Below are positions 23,794 through 36,221 of a DNA stretch of 64,000 bases, piece after piece. The position numbers and the translations under genes were made by a program. The notes below the pieces were generated by a model. The model saw only the letters and a list, made by a program, of their open reading frames with translations. It was not told where the DNA came from and searched no databases. The DNA lies in contig NC_086097.1 in NCBI RefSeq assembly GCF_963921235.1, positions 51,648,001 through 51,712,000 on the forward strand. The letters run 5' to 3'. Position 1 is the stretch's first letter. Each line of letters starts with the position of its first letter. This stretch comes from Mobula hypostoma. Its lineage: Eukaryota.

Positions 23794-24637
23794 TGTTCAA
23801 AGTTCAAAATGCATTTATTATCAAAGTCTTTTACATTATACAACCTTGAGATTTGTCTCCTTAGAGTTAGTCACAAAACAAGAAAACCAAAAGAACCCAT
23901 AAAAAAAAGACGAACATCCAACGTGCAGAGAGAAAAAAATACATTACACAAACAATAAAAGTAAGCAAATAGCATTTAGAATGAAAGTGAGTCCTCAGAA
24001 AAAAAGCCTGGAGCCATTGAAGCAGGCCACAGCTTCTTCCTCAGCCTCAGTGCAGTGCAGAGGGGAGCAAACATTTCAGAGCAGCGACATGAACTGTCGC
24101 GACCTTTGCCCCTGGTCCCAACACCCTGCCTTTTCAATCCATCCGGCCTGGCGTTTAAATTGTCCAAACATCAGGTCATTCCTTGCTCTAAGACCCCAGT
24201 TCTGTGGCATCGATACACTCAGGCCTGGACCCTGCTACCATGTTTTGGCCTAAACCTGACCTTTCCAAACTGGCCTGTCACTTAGATTGATCAAACCTTG
24301 CTCTCAGTTTAGGTGAAAAGGCCCTGAATCTGGCTGTCCTCCATTCCGACTTTGCTGTGCTCCGCTCACCCAAATTTCGCCTCAAGTATGTCTCAACCTG
24401 CCACAACTTCTCCTCGAACACGCCTTTACCTTACCCAGACTTTGTCTTGCACCTCCACAATATGACCGTCGACTAAGCCTCACCTTCACTCGCCTCTTCA
24501 TTGTCTGTGGTGATCGTTTGCCATAATTTTCACAGAAAAAGTGTTGTTAATAAAGTATTTAGTTATATTTTTTGTTCTGTTAACTGACAGTAAGTTATTG
24601 CTCACCTTCAGCAGAGCCAACGTAAACTGGGCCATCT
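23794..24637 (-). mobile_element. Non-coding LINE-tailed element inserted in CR1
   Basis: Starts AAGATGGC and ends AATAAA...(TTTGAAC)n on the minus strand; CR1 resumes on both sides. Confidence 0.7.
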
Positions 24638-26374
24638 TAAAAAGGGCAATGTTGCAACAACCATGGAGGATTTCGTATTCAGGTAGATTAGGAAAATCAA
24701 ATTGGTGCCAAATCCCAAGAAAGGGAATTTGTAAATGCCTATGAGATGGCTTTTTAGAGCAGCTTGTGAATCACCCCGCGAGAGGAATGGCAATTCTGGG
24801 TTGGGTGTTCTGTAATAACCCAGGTTTGATTAGGGAGCTTAAGGTAAAAGAACCCTTTGGAGAGAGTGATCATAATATTATAGAATTCATCCTGCAGGTT
24901 GAGAAGGAGAAACTAAAATTGGATGTATCAGTGAAGTAAAGGGAATTGCAGAGGCATGAGAGAGAAGAAATTGATTGGAAAGGGACATTAGCAGGGATGA
25001 TGGTAGAATAGCAAGGCTGGTGTTTCTGGGGGATATTTGAAAAGCACAGGAAAGATATATCGCAAAGATGAAGAAGTATTCTGAAGGGAGGATGCAGCAA
25101 CTGTGGCAGACAAGGGAAGCCAAAGACTGCATAAAAGCTAAAGAGAGGGCATATAATATAGAAAAAAATAGTGAGAAGGTAGACAATTGGGAAGATTTTA
25201 AAAACCAACAGAAGGCAACTAAAAAGGCATAAAGGAAGAAAAGATGAAAAATGATGGTAAGCTAGCCAATAATATAAAAAAGAATACAAAAAACTTTTCA
25301 GATATATAAAGAGTAAAGAAATATGGGAGTGGACAATGAACCAAAGGAAAATTACACTGGAGAGGTAGTAATACGGGACAAAGAAATGGCAAACAAACTG
25401 AATAAGTATTTTGTGTCAGTCTTCACTGAGGAAGACACAAGCAGAATGCCAGAAAGTGAGAATGTCAGGGAGCAGAAGAGAATGTCGTTGCTATTAATAT
25501 GGAGAATGTGCTTGGAAAGCTGAAAGATCTGAAGTTAGATAAATCACCTGGACCAGGTGGACTACACCTCAGGGTTCTGAAAGAGGTAGCTGAAGAGATT
25601 GTGGAGGCATTGGTAATGACCTTTCAAGAAGCAGTAGATTCTCAATTGGTTCCTGTGGTCTGTAAAATTGCAAATGCCTCTCCACTCTTTAAGAAGGGAG
25701 GGAGGCAGAAGAAAGGAAATTATAGTCCAGTTATCCTGCCTTCGTTAGTTGGAAAAGTGTTGGAGTATATTACTAACAATGAGGTATTGGAGTACTTCAA
25801 GGCACAGGATAAAATAGGCCTAAGTCACATGGTTTTTGAAAGGGGAATTCTCGCCTGACAAATCTGTTGGAATTCCTTGAGGAAGTAGCAGGCAGGATAG
25901 ATAAAGGAGAGTCAGTGGGCGTTGTTTACTTGTATATTCAGAAGGCCTTCGACAAGGTGCCACATATGAGGCTGCTTAATACCATGGTATTACTGGGAGG
26001 GTACTAGCATGGACAGAAGAATGGCTGATTGGCAGGAGGCAAAGAGTGGCCAGTGACTAGTGATGTGCTGTAGCGGGGTTGGTCTTGGGACCACTTCTTT
26101 TTACATTATATGACAATGATTTAGATGAAAGAATTGATGGCATTGTGGCCAAGTTTGTGGATGATACGAAGATAGTTTGAGGGGCAAATGGTGTTGAGGA
26201 AGCTGGGTATCTGCAGAAAGGCTAAGAAATCTAGGGAAAGGTGTGCTGATTAATGGAGAGTGTCTGGAGGAGGTTCATGAGAATGATCCAAGAATGAAAG
26301 GGTTAACACATAACAACACACATCAAAGTTGCTGGTGAACGCAGCAGGCCAGGCAGCATCTCTAGGAAGAGGTA

Positions 26375-26412
26375 CAGTCGACGTTTCAGGCCGAGACCCT
26401 TCGTCAGGCCTA
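26375..26412 (-). ncRNA. Minimal hammerhead ribozyme motif (one helix I mismatch)
   Basis: CUGACGA-AGG..CCU-GAAACGUC^GACUG. Confidence 0.7.
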
Positions 26413-27446
26413 ACTGAAGGAAGAGTTAGTAAGAGATTTGAAAGTGGGAGGGAGAGGGGGAGATCCAAAATGATAGGAGAAGACAGGAGGGGGAGGGATG
26501 GAGCCAAGAGCTGGACAGGTGATTGGCAAAGGGGATATGGAGGATCATGGGACAGGAGGCCTGGGGAGAAAGACAAGGGGGGGGAACCCAGAGGATGGGC
26601 AAGGGGTATAGTCAGAGGGACAGAGGGAGAAAAAGGAGAGTGAGAGAAAGAATGTGTGTATAAAAATAAATAACGGATGAGGTATGAGGGGGAGGTGGGG
26701 CATTAGCGGAAGTTAGAGAAGTCCATGTTCATGCCATCAGGTTGGAGGCTACCCAGATGGAATATAAGGTGTTGTTCCTCCAACTTGAGTGTGGCTTCAT
26801 CTTTACAGTAGAGGAGGCCGTGGATAGACATGTCAGAATGGGAATGGGATGTGGAATTATAATGTGTGGCCACTGGGAGATCTTGCTTTCTCTGGCGGAC
26901 AGAGCGTTGGTGTTCAGCAAAGCGGTCTCCCAGTCTGCATCCCACACCTACGCTCTGTCCGCCAGAGAAAGCAGGATCTCCCACTGGCCACACATTTTAA
27001 TTCCACATCCCATTCCCATTCTGACATGTCTATCCACGGCCTCTTCTACTGTAAAGATGAAGCCACACTCAGGTTGGAGGAACAACACCTTATATTCCAT
27101 CTGGGTAGCCTCCAACCTGATGGCATGAACATTGACTTCTCTAACTTCCGCTAATGCCCCACCTCCCCCTCGTACCCCATCTGTTACTTATTTTTATACA
27201 CATATTCTTCCTCTCACTCTCCTTTTTTTCCCTCTGTCCCTCTGACTATACCCTTTGCCCATCCTCTGGGTTCCCCCCCCCTTTTCCTTCTCCCTGGGCC
27301 TCCTGTCCCATGATCCTCTTATATCCCCTTTGCTAATCACCTGTCCAGCTCTTGGTTCCATCCCTCCCCCTCCTGTCTTCTCCTATCATTTCGGATCTCC
27401 CCCTCCCCCTCCCACTTTCAAATCTCTTACTAACTCTTCCTTCAGT

Positions 27447-27484
27447 TAGTCCTGACGAAGAGTCTCGGCCTGAAACGTCGACTG
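27447..27484 (+). ncRNA. Minimal hammerhead ribozyme motif (one helix II mismatch)
   Basis: TAGTC-CTGACGA-AGAGTCTCGGCCT-GAAACGTC-GACTG. Confidence 0.75.
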
Positions 27485-29377
27485 TACCTCTTCCTAGAGA
27501 TGCTGCCTGGCCTGTTGCGTCCACCAGCAACTTTGATGTGTGTTGCTTGAATTTCCAGCATCTGCAGAATTCCTGTTGTTTGCGGGTTAACACAAAAGGA
27601 GTGTTTGATGACTCTCGACCTGTACTTGTTGGAGCTTAGATGAATGGGGGAGGGGGATCTCCTTGAAACCTGTCACATATTGAAAGGCCTAGATAGAGTG
27701 GACGTGGAGAGAATTTTTTATATTACGGGCGAGCATAGGACCAGAGGACACAGCCTCAGAATTGAGGAACATCCACTTAGAACAGAGATGAGGAAAAATA
27801 TCTTTGGCCAGAGGGTGGTGAATTTGTGGAATTCATTGCCACAGATGGCTGTGCAGGCCAAGTCATTGGGTATATAGTTTTTAAGGAGGAGGTTGATAGG
27901 TTCTTGATTAATCAGAGTGTCAAAGTTTATGGAGAGTAGGCAGGAGAACAGGGTCAAGAGGGATAACCACTCAGTCATGATGAAATGGTGGAGCAGACTC
28001 GATGGGCCAAATGGCTTACTTCTGCTCTTATGACTTACGAACAACATTGGATTGTTTTCCTTGGTGTAGTGGGGGCTGATGGCAGATCGGGTGGATTTTA
28101 TAAGATTACAAGAGGCATAGATCAAATAGACAGCTGCCATCATTTCCCCAGCTTTGAATGGTTGACTACCAATGGCATATGTTTAAGTTGAGAGAGGTAA
28201 GTTCAAAGAAGGTGTGCAGGGCAAGTCCACATTCACAGCAACAGAGTAAACAGTTTCAAATATCATATGTAATTTCAGTGAGTTGTAATGGATAGTTATG
28301 ATTTATCATTTCAGGTACACTGAAACAATGTTTATCTTTAAAGTTTAAGGAATTGAATTACTACCTCTGATGAAAAATCATTGACTTGAAAAGTCAACCC
28401 TCTCTTTTCTGCTGGGCATCTATGACATTGTTTATTTTCATTCCGGTTTTCCAGCATCTGCCGTGGTTTGATTTTGCACCTGCCACTTATCCCATTTTCA
28501 TGAGGAGCTATCATGAGTGGTAATTTGAATCGTCTTCATTTTGTGAACACAAGCAATTTCTTGTCGAATATAGTTTCTAACAAGAGGTTGGTAATAACAT
28601 AGATCCAGCTGTGGGTTGCCAATTCTGCAGACTAAGTGGTTAAGTGTTATATAATTAATTGGCATGAATCTTCTTGTATGGCGTAACATAAGCCAGAGAA
28701 AATAGCTCTTGAGAGTTATGTAAGGACCATTTATATTATTTAAGTACCAAAGGTGGGAAGTTTTTTTTTCATAAGCTTCTATTTTCTGAACTGGCACCCC
28801 CTCACCACCCCCCACCAAACACATATGTTTTATTTGGTTTCTGTTCATAATGCCAGCATGAAAATCTAGCTCCTTAAAAGCACCATTTATTTTTAAAGTA
28901 TATTTTACTAAAAATTATCCCATCTCCTTGGTGAGGCCACTTTTGTAACAAAAGGATTTAAACCCCAAAAGTACAATCAGTCATTAGTTTCATGTATGCA
29001 TCTGGAAGTAGATGCAATATTATATAAGTAGGGATTGATAGGAACACAAATGGAGAAGCAGTGATTACTTGGACATTACTAAAAATAGATTCTTAAGTGC
29101 AAAATTATAGCCTTGGGATCAAGAATAGTTTTCTTCCACCCTGGCTTTGTAGTTTCTAAGGTGGCTAATGAGGCCATTGTAGAAATGCAAACTGTTCCAC
29201 AGATGGGATGGGCATGGTACCGGGCTGGTGGATGGGTTATTTCTAAAGTCAGCACTTCTTCCACCAGGCTCCATGCGCTCTTTACATTGGACTCATTGTT
29301 CTCAGTACCATCACAGATGTTCTCTCTCCATCAGAGGTTCCCTGGACTCAGGGGATATTGCATTTCTACAAGGAAGT

Positions 29378-30940
29378 TAAGCAAGAGAATGTCTGCAGAT
29401 GCTGGAAATCCAAAGCACCACACACAAAAGGCTTGAGGAACTCAGCAGGCCAGGCAGCATCTGTGGAAAAGAGTACAATTGACGTTTCAGGCTGAAACAC
29501 TTCTTCAGGACTGGAAAAAAAAGCTGAGGAGTAGATTTAAAAGGTAGGGGGAGGGGAGAGAGAAACGCAAGGTTTTAGATGAAACTGGGGGGTGAGGGGT
29601 GAAGTAAAGAGCTGGGAAGTTGACTGGTGAAAGAAATACAGGGCTGGAGAAGGGAGAGTCTGATAGGAGAGGACAGAAGGCCATGGAAGAAAGAAAAGGA
29701 GCACCAGAGGGAGGTGACAGGCAGGTAAGAAGATAAGGTGAGAAAGAGAAATGGGAATGGCGAATGGTGAAGGGGAGGTGGGTGTCATTACTCGAAGTTT
29801 GAGAAGTCATTGTTCATGCCATCAGGTTGAAGGCTACTCAAACGGAATATAAGGTGTTGTTCCTCCAACCTGAGCGTGGCCTCATCACAACAGTAGAGAA
29901 GACCGTGGACTGACATGTTGGAATGGGAATGGGAAGTGGATCGGAGATCCCACTTTTTCTGGTGGACAGAGCGTAGGTGCTCGGCAAAGAGGTCTCCCAT
30001 TGGGTCTCACCGATATACAGGAAACCAGACCGGGAGCACCGGATACAGTCGATGACCCCAACAGACTCACAGGTGAGGTTTTGGAAGGAAGGTTTGGAGT
30101 TTTGAATGGTAGTGAGGGAGGAGGTGTAGGGGCAGTCGTAGCACTTGTTTCGCTTGCAAGGATAAGTACCAGGAAGGAGATCAGTGGGCAGGGACGAATG
30201 GACAATGGAGCCGTGTAGGGAGCGATCCCTGTGGAAAACAGAAAGTCGGGTAGTGAAAGATGTGTTTGATGGTGGATTCCCACTGGGGATGATGGAAGTT
30301 ACAGAGAATTAAGTGCTGGATGCGGAGGGTGGTAGTGAGGACAAGAGGAACCCTATCCCTGGTGGGGTGGCGGGAGGGTGGGGAGGCAGACGTATGTAAA
30401 ATGGAAGTGATGTGGTTGAGGGAAGTGTTGATGGTGGAGGAAGGGAAGCACCTTTCTTTGAAGAAGGAGGACATCTCCTTAGTTCTGGGATGAAAAGCGT
30501 TATCCTGAGAGCAGGTATCAAATATTGCTGTGATGATTGTACGTTCTAGTATCAATTGTTTTTGGCGACAATAAAGTATAAAGTATAAAGATGCAGCAGA
30601 GAAGGAGGAATTGAGAGAAGGGGCTTGCATCTTTACAAGTAAGAGGGTGTGAAGAGGTACGTTCCAGGTAGCTGTGAGAGTCAGTGGGTTTATAATAGAC
30701 ATCAGTAGATAAGCTGTCTCCTGAGAGAGAGACAGAGAGATTGAGAAAGGGGAGGGAGATGTCAGAAATGGACCAGGTGAATTTGAGGGCAGGGTGGAAG
30801 TTGGAAGCAAAGTTGATGAAGTCGATGAGCTCAGCATGGCTGCAGGAAGCAGCACCAATGCAGTCGTCGAAGTAGCGTCGGAAAGTTGGGAAGAGATACC
30901 AGTGTAGACTTGGAATATAGACTGTTCTACGTAGCTGACA
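29378..30940 (-). mobile_element. Penelope-like element, older subfamily, 5'-truncated
   Basis: RRYFDDCIGA...FHPALKFT...YYKPTDSHSYL and GIY-YIG remnants; many disruptions. Confidence 0.9.
30517..30590 (+). mobile_element. Very short LINE 3' tail inserted in the PLE
   Basis: AATAAA plus (GTATAAA)n tail; the PLE is continuous on both sides. Confidence 0.7.
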
Positions 30941-31164
30941 GACAATCCTTAAATGTTTTCCTCTGTTTTTCTTGCAATCTCTTCCAAAAGCAGCAGTCAG
31001 AATAGAACTACTATTCTGGAAGTTTGGGGTTAGGCACTGGGCATGCAAATAATAGGAAGTTAAGAGGTAAAGAAAGAGGGTTTAGAATAAAGAGGTAGTA
31101 TTAAGTCTCTTGAAGAATGTTAAGGTGTTAAGTCCCTGGGGCCTCATGGGGTGGCAAGTGATGA

Positions 31165-31350
31165 GATTGCTGGTGCCTTCCCACCACTGCCTGTAAGGAG
31201 TTTGTATGTTCTGCCTGTGACTGCATGGATCTCCCCCAATACTCCGATTTCTTCCCACAGTCCAATGATGTACCATTCAGTAGGTTCATTGGCCATTGTA
31301 ATGTATATATATATAGTCAGATGAAAACATGGGTGGGCTAGTAAGTTTGC
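31165..31350 (+). mobile_element. V-SINE-like fragment
   Basis: GGAGTTTGTATGTTCT...TTCTTCCCACAGTCCAA V-domain-like sequence. Confidence 0.65.
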
Positions 31351-31965
31351 AGCTAATAACAAGAATGTTGGTGTGGAGGATAGTACAGAAGATTGCCAAG
31401 GGATTCAGTTGGATATAGGTCAGCTGCAGATATAGTTTGAGGAAAAGCTGATTTTTCAACCCATATATGCAAATATGAGCAGCTATTAGTGTGTGTAGCA
31501 CAGGAACGAGCATCAGCAGGCATGAAGCAAGTATTTTTAGGAACATGTTATATAAGCAAGTCGCAGCACTGATAGGTGCAGTATTATAAAAGCAAGGGAT
31601 AAACATGTACAATACTTGTCAGGAAACGTAGGGGAGACTTGACCCAAAAGCAGTGCAGCAGAGACAATTTTAGCAGTAAACGACTCTTTACGAATAAACT
31701 ACAAAATAACAAGCCACGAAGGACCACAAAACGAGAGAACAGATGCTTAACATGATAAGGCAGCCAGGTAACTGAAGGTTAGGAACAACGTGTTGGGGCT
31801 GGATGGTTCGATGGATGAACAAAGGACTGTGGATGAGAGTTGGGTTTAAAAAGGCTGCAGCTGATGAATTGGAAACGAGAGGCAAGTGACTCGTGTTAGC
31901 CGAGTGGAGTCTAGGAGGTGCCTGTCTGTACCAACCTGACAGCATCCCGCCTCCTAACAGTGACA

Positions 31966-32171
31966 GGGCAGCACAGTAGTGTAGTGCTTAGCAGAACGCT
32001 TACAGTATCAACTCCCCCCACTGTCTGGAAGAAGTTTGTACATTTGGCCTGTGACCGCGTGGGTTTGCTCTCGGTACTCTGGTTTCCTCCCACAGTCCAA
32101 AGATGCATCGGTTAATTGGTCATTGTAAACTGTCCTGTGATTAGGCTAGGGTTAAATCGGGGGTTGCTGGG
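31966..32171 (+). mobile_element. V-SINE-like element
   Basis: tRNA-like head remnant plus GGTTTCCTCCCACAGTCCAAAGA V-domain. Confidence 0.75.
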
Positions 32172-32172
32172 T

Positions 32173-32376
32173 GGTGTTGGGCATGTGGCCAAGCAGATAA
32201 GGCGCTCGTCTAGTGATCTGAAGGTCGCTAGTTCGAGCCTCAGTTATGGCAGTGTGTTTGTGTCCTTGAGCAAGGCACTTAACCACACATTGCTCTAGTG
32301 TCTGTGCGAGGAGATGGTGCCCCCCACAGACTTTCAGTCTGCGCCTGGTAAGGCATGAAAATGCCTGATGCAGGCC
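32173..32376 (+). mobile_element. tRNA-derived CORE-like SINE, 3'-truncated
   Basis: A box TGGCCAAG, B box GTTCGAGCC, TGTGTCCTTGAGCAAGGCACTTAACC; same family as 46806-47037. Confidence 0.85.
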
Positions 32377-35209
32377 CAGAAAGCACTGTAGCTGTTTGAG
32401 GGGGTGCAGCTGGGGCACTCAACTACAGCACATACCGTCTCTGGGTCCTTGGGGAGGAAGAACGTAACTGAGGATGGAGATGACAGGCGTGTGGAGCTGC
32501 CATTTCTTTGACATGCATCTGAGTTGGTTTTCGAGAAGATGCTGCAAGACTGAATGGAAATGACAGAAGTGGTCTTGGGGGTCCTTGGAGAAGATGAGGA
32601 TATTGTTGAGATAGACAAATACATAGCTGTGTAGCATGTTTCAGAGGCTCACGATGGCTTGGAAAATGGCTGGATCATTGGACAGTCTGAAGGGCATCAC
32701 CAGGAATTTGTAGTGGCCAGTGGGTGTTATGAATGTCGTCTTCCACTCATCCCCCTAGCAGATGTGCATCAGGTTGTGCACACTCTGTAGATGCATTTTG
32801 ATGAAGATCTGGGCTCTGCGGAGGGTTTGGAGGGTAGTGGTTCTTCGTGGTGATTTTGATGAGTCCACAGCAGTCGATGCAGGGACGCCATCTTTCTTTT
32901 TGACAATAAAGAAACCTGCAGCAGCTGGGGACTGAGATAGTCGAATGAAGCCGTGCTGTAATGCTTTGGAAATGTCGTCATTCATGGCATGGGCCTCAAG
33001 AAGGGAGAAATAACCTCGGGGCAGGCAGGGGAAGTCTGTGACGTGGCAGGGTGCGGACTTCCCTTTCACTGAAGGCCATGGCTAAGTCGTACTGTTCCTG
33101 TGGGAGCTTGGTGAGGTCGAAACTTTCTCTGTCTCCACGGACTTACGGGGCGAAGTCAGCTGAGGTTGCAGGCAGGTGGGTTCCCAACTCAGCAGAGAAC
33201 CTGATGACCAGGAGAAGTGAGGGTAGTGAATGGAGAGCCAAGGCTAACCCAGGATGCGAGGAGGTTTGGGTGAGTCAGTCAGTTGGAATTGGATGGACTC
33301 GCGGTGCTCTCCGGTGCACATGTGCATAGGCCGTGTGCACGATTTGACCACCCCGGACCCCAATCTGCCGATGGCTGTGATGCAGAAGGCCATTCAGTAG
33401 AGAGTCTGAGCTGCACATACTGAGCCCTGTCCAGAAAGAGGCCTACAGCAAAGGAACCTGTGTGTGTGTAGAGTGAGTGAGGCTGTGGTGCCACAATGTG
33501 AGGCCGGGGGTGGGAACTTACCAGATAGAAGGCCCCTTGTCTCTCCCTGGTGGTACTGTTTACCTGGATGAAGTGGGCACTTGATGCTGGGGGTGATCAC
33601 CGGCTCTACAGTAAAGCACAGGCTGTTTCTCCACCTTCGCTCGCACTAATGGGAGTTTAAGGGGGTGCTTCCTAACTACACAGATTCTGATGATGAGGGT
33701 TCTGCAGTCTGAAATGGTTCTGGGAACAGAACTGGGGTTCTGGCTGATGATTAGGAGGTTTGTTCCAGAAGACTCTTGTCAATTCAGGGTGCCAGAGTGA
33801 TGAGGCTTTCGAGGTTTGTGGGCATCTTCTGGGTAGACCGCTCATCTTTCAAGCAATCCGAGAGGCTGTGATGGTAACGGGACAGCAGTGCTTCCACATT
33901 CCAGCTGCACACCACTGTGAGGGTCCTGAATTCCACTGTGCAATCTGGCACTGAGCGTGAGCCTTACTTAACACAAGCCAAGTATCTGATCTGCTGCCCC
34001 TCTTCCACTTCCTGGATGGTCGAAAGGCCAGCGCATCTCAGCGGTGAATTCTGAATTCCTCATATTTATTGCAAATGAGGTTTTTATTGTCCCAGTTAGC
34101 AGTGGCCCAGGTCAGAGCTCGTCCAGTCAGGAGAGAGATGGTGAAGGCCATCTTGGCTCAGTCCATAGAAAACAGAGATGGCTGGAGCTCAAAGTTTAAG
34201 ACACATTGGGACAGGAAGTTTGTGCATTGGGTTGGGGATCCATTGAAGTGTTCGGGCACCAGAATCCAAGGCTCTTAGGGTGTGGCAGTTGATTCATGTC
34301 AGCTGGTGCAGTGTTGCTGTATTCAGATAGAGAGTTTACTGAGGATGGGGAGCAGATTGCCAAAGGTTTCCTGCTGCTTTGGGATTGTGTGCTCCTGTCG
34401 ATGATAGACAACTTTCTTTAGGCGAGCAAACTTCTTTGCTCGGCCAATCATTGTTCACCCACACTGTAAGGAAATGCAGAGGAGATTTGACCCAAAAGCA
34501 AAGCAGCAGAGACTATTTTAGCAGTAAACAGTACTTTACAAACAAACTGCAAAATAACACACCACCAGGGGGCACAAAACAAGAGATAACAGATACTTAA
34601 CGTGACAAGGTAACCAGGTAACTAAAAGTTGTGGGTGGCTAGTTTGATGGGTGAACAAGGACTGTGGATGAGAGCTGGGTTTAAATAGGCTGCAGGCGAT
34701 GAGTAGGAAATGCATGGCAGTTGACTCCTGTTAGCCAGGCGGAGACTGGCAGGTACTTTTTCTTTTGCTATGAAAACATGGAAAATATTTTTTGCCTTAA
34801 ATGTGTTTCAAAATATGTAGCTTGGTTCCTAGGTTTTTGTGAGAATATGTGGTATTCCAGTGAAAATATGTGAATATTATTCCTGCTGTGTGCAATCAAT
34901 TTATCACATCAGTTCATGCTTAAGCTATATTCAAAATAAAGATGATAAATATTTGTTTTTAAATGTCACTTGGCTTTACACTCCCCCTGCTTGAAATTCA
35001 GGTTGAGCCAACGCTGCTTAAAGTAGAAGAAGCCAATGATAATTAAGCCTGATACTGAAATTCAGAATTAATCACATAACAAATGCATATGGGAGACTAA
35101 GATTGCTACAAGGATATTTAGATTTTGTCACATGATGTGGGTGGGTTGAGAGATTAGGTGAAAATATGGCAAATAGAATTTAATGATGTATATAGCTTTG
35201 ATTAACTTC

Positions 35210-35645
35210 TATTGGTGTGTGCTGGAGAGTATACTGACTGGTTGTATTGCACCCTGGTATGGAACACTAATGCCCTTGAACAGAAAATCCTACAAAAAGT
35301 AGTGGATATGGCCCAGTCCATCACAGGTAATGTCCTCTCCTTCATCGAGCATATCTATACGGAGCTTTGTCACAGGAAAGCAGCATCCTTCATCAGGGAC
35401 GCCCACCACCACCACACAGGACATGCTCTCTTCTCGCTGCTGTCATTAGGCAGAAGGTGTAAGAGCCTCAGGACTCACTCCACCAGATTCAGGCACAGTT
35501 ATTACCCCTCAACGATCAGGCTTCTGAACCAGAAGGGATAATTTCACTCAACTTCAGTTGCTCCATTACTGAACTGTTCCCACAACCTATGGACTCTTCA
35601 TTTCATGTTCTGGATATTTATTGCTTATTTATTATTATTAATATT
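35210..35645 (+). mobile_element. Rex1/Babar-like LINE 3' fragment
   Basis: LQKVVDMAQSITG...HALFSLL..GRR..SLRTHSTRFRHSYYP. Confidence 0.85.
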
Positions 35646-35665
35646 ATAAGGAGATCATATTATAA

Positions 35666-35973
35666 GGTGTTGGCGTGTGGCCAAGTGGTTAAGGCATTCG
35701 TCTAGTGATTTGAAGGTCGCTAGTTCGAGCCTTGGCTGAGGCAGCGTGTGTGTCCTTGAGCAAGGCACTTTACCACACAGTGCTCTGTGACGACACCGGT
35801 GCCAAGCTGTATGGGTCCTAATGCCCTTCCCTTGGACAATGTCGGTGGCGTGGAGAGGGGAGACTTGCAGCATGGGCAACTGCTGGTCTTCCAAACAACC
35901 TTGCCCAGGCCTGCGCCCTGGAAAAACTTCCGAGGCGCAAATCCATCATCTCACAAGACTAACGGATGCCTAT
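35666..35973 (+). mobile_element. tRNA-derived CORE-like SINE with an alternative 3' tail
   Basis: Same head and central domain as 32173 and 46806; different sequence after about 35787. Confidence 0.85.
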
Positions 35974-36221
35974 AGAAAAGGAGATAAAAGGAACCAGAGG
36001 GAAACAGGAATGAGGAATGTTGAAGGGGGAGGGGGACAATTACCAGAAGTTTGAGAAATCGATGTTCATGGAGCAACCCAGATGGAATATAAAGTGTTGC
36101 TCCTCCAACCCGAGTGTGGCCTCATTGTGGCAGCAGAGACGGTGTCAGAGTCGTCATGGACCAGAGGTTCCCTGGATTCAGGGGATATTACACTTCTATA
36201 AGGAAGCTATGAGCACAATCC

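Larger units (their letters stand above)
26311..27583. mobile_element. Penelope-like insertion made of two inverted arms of about 0.6 kb
   Basis: Minus arm about 26314-26938 and plus arm about 26945-27583; TSD GGGTTAACACA (26300-26310 / 27584-27594). Confidence 0.93.
22190..28040 (+). mobile_element. Near full-length CR1 ORF2 interrupted by four younger insertions
   Basis: LKVLYLKAHSIWNK start; endonuclease at 23453-23793 and from 24638; DKSPGPGGLHLRVLKE; FQKAFDKVPH; KFVDDTK; 3' end at 27584-28040. Confidence 0.88.
31617..34755 (-). mobile_element. Decayed Sushi-like (V-clade) Gypsy element with RH-IN deleted
   Basis: Diverged LTRs at 31617-31941 and 34465-about 34755; gag PEHFNG...ISLLTGRALTWA; RT GFIRLSQSPAAAGFFIVKKKDG and YLNNILIFS. 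Confidence 0.85.

Noticed and set aside
32173..32245. tRNA gene (also 35666 and 47037)
   Set aside because: A and B boxes run into a SINE body; no full cloverleaf.
33963..34270. PEG10/RTL-like domesticated gag gene
   Set aside because: Contains stops and lies between LTRs of a decayed Sushi-like element.
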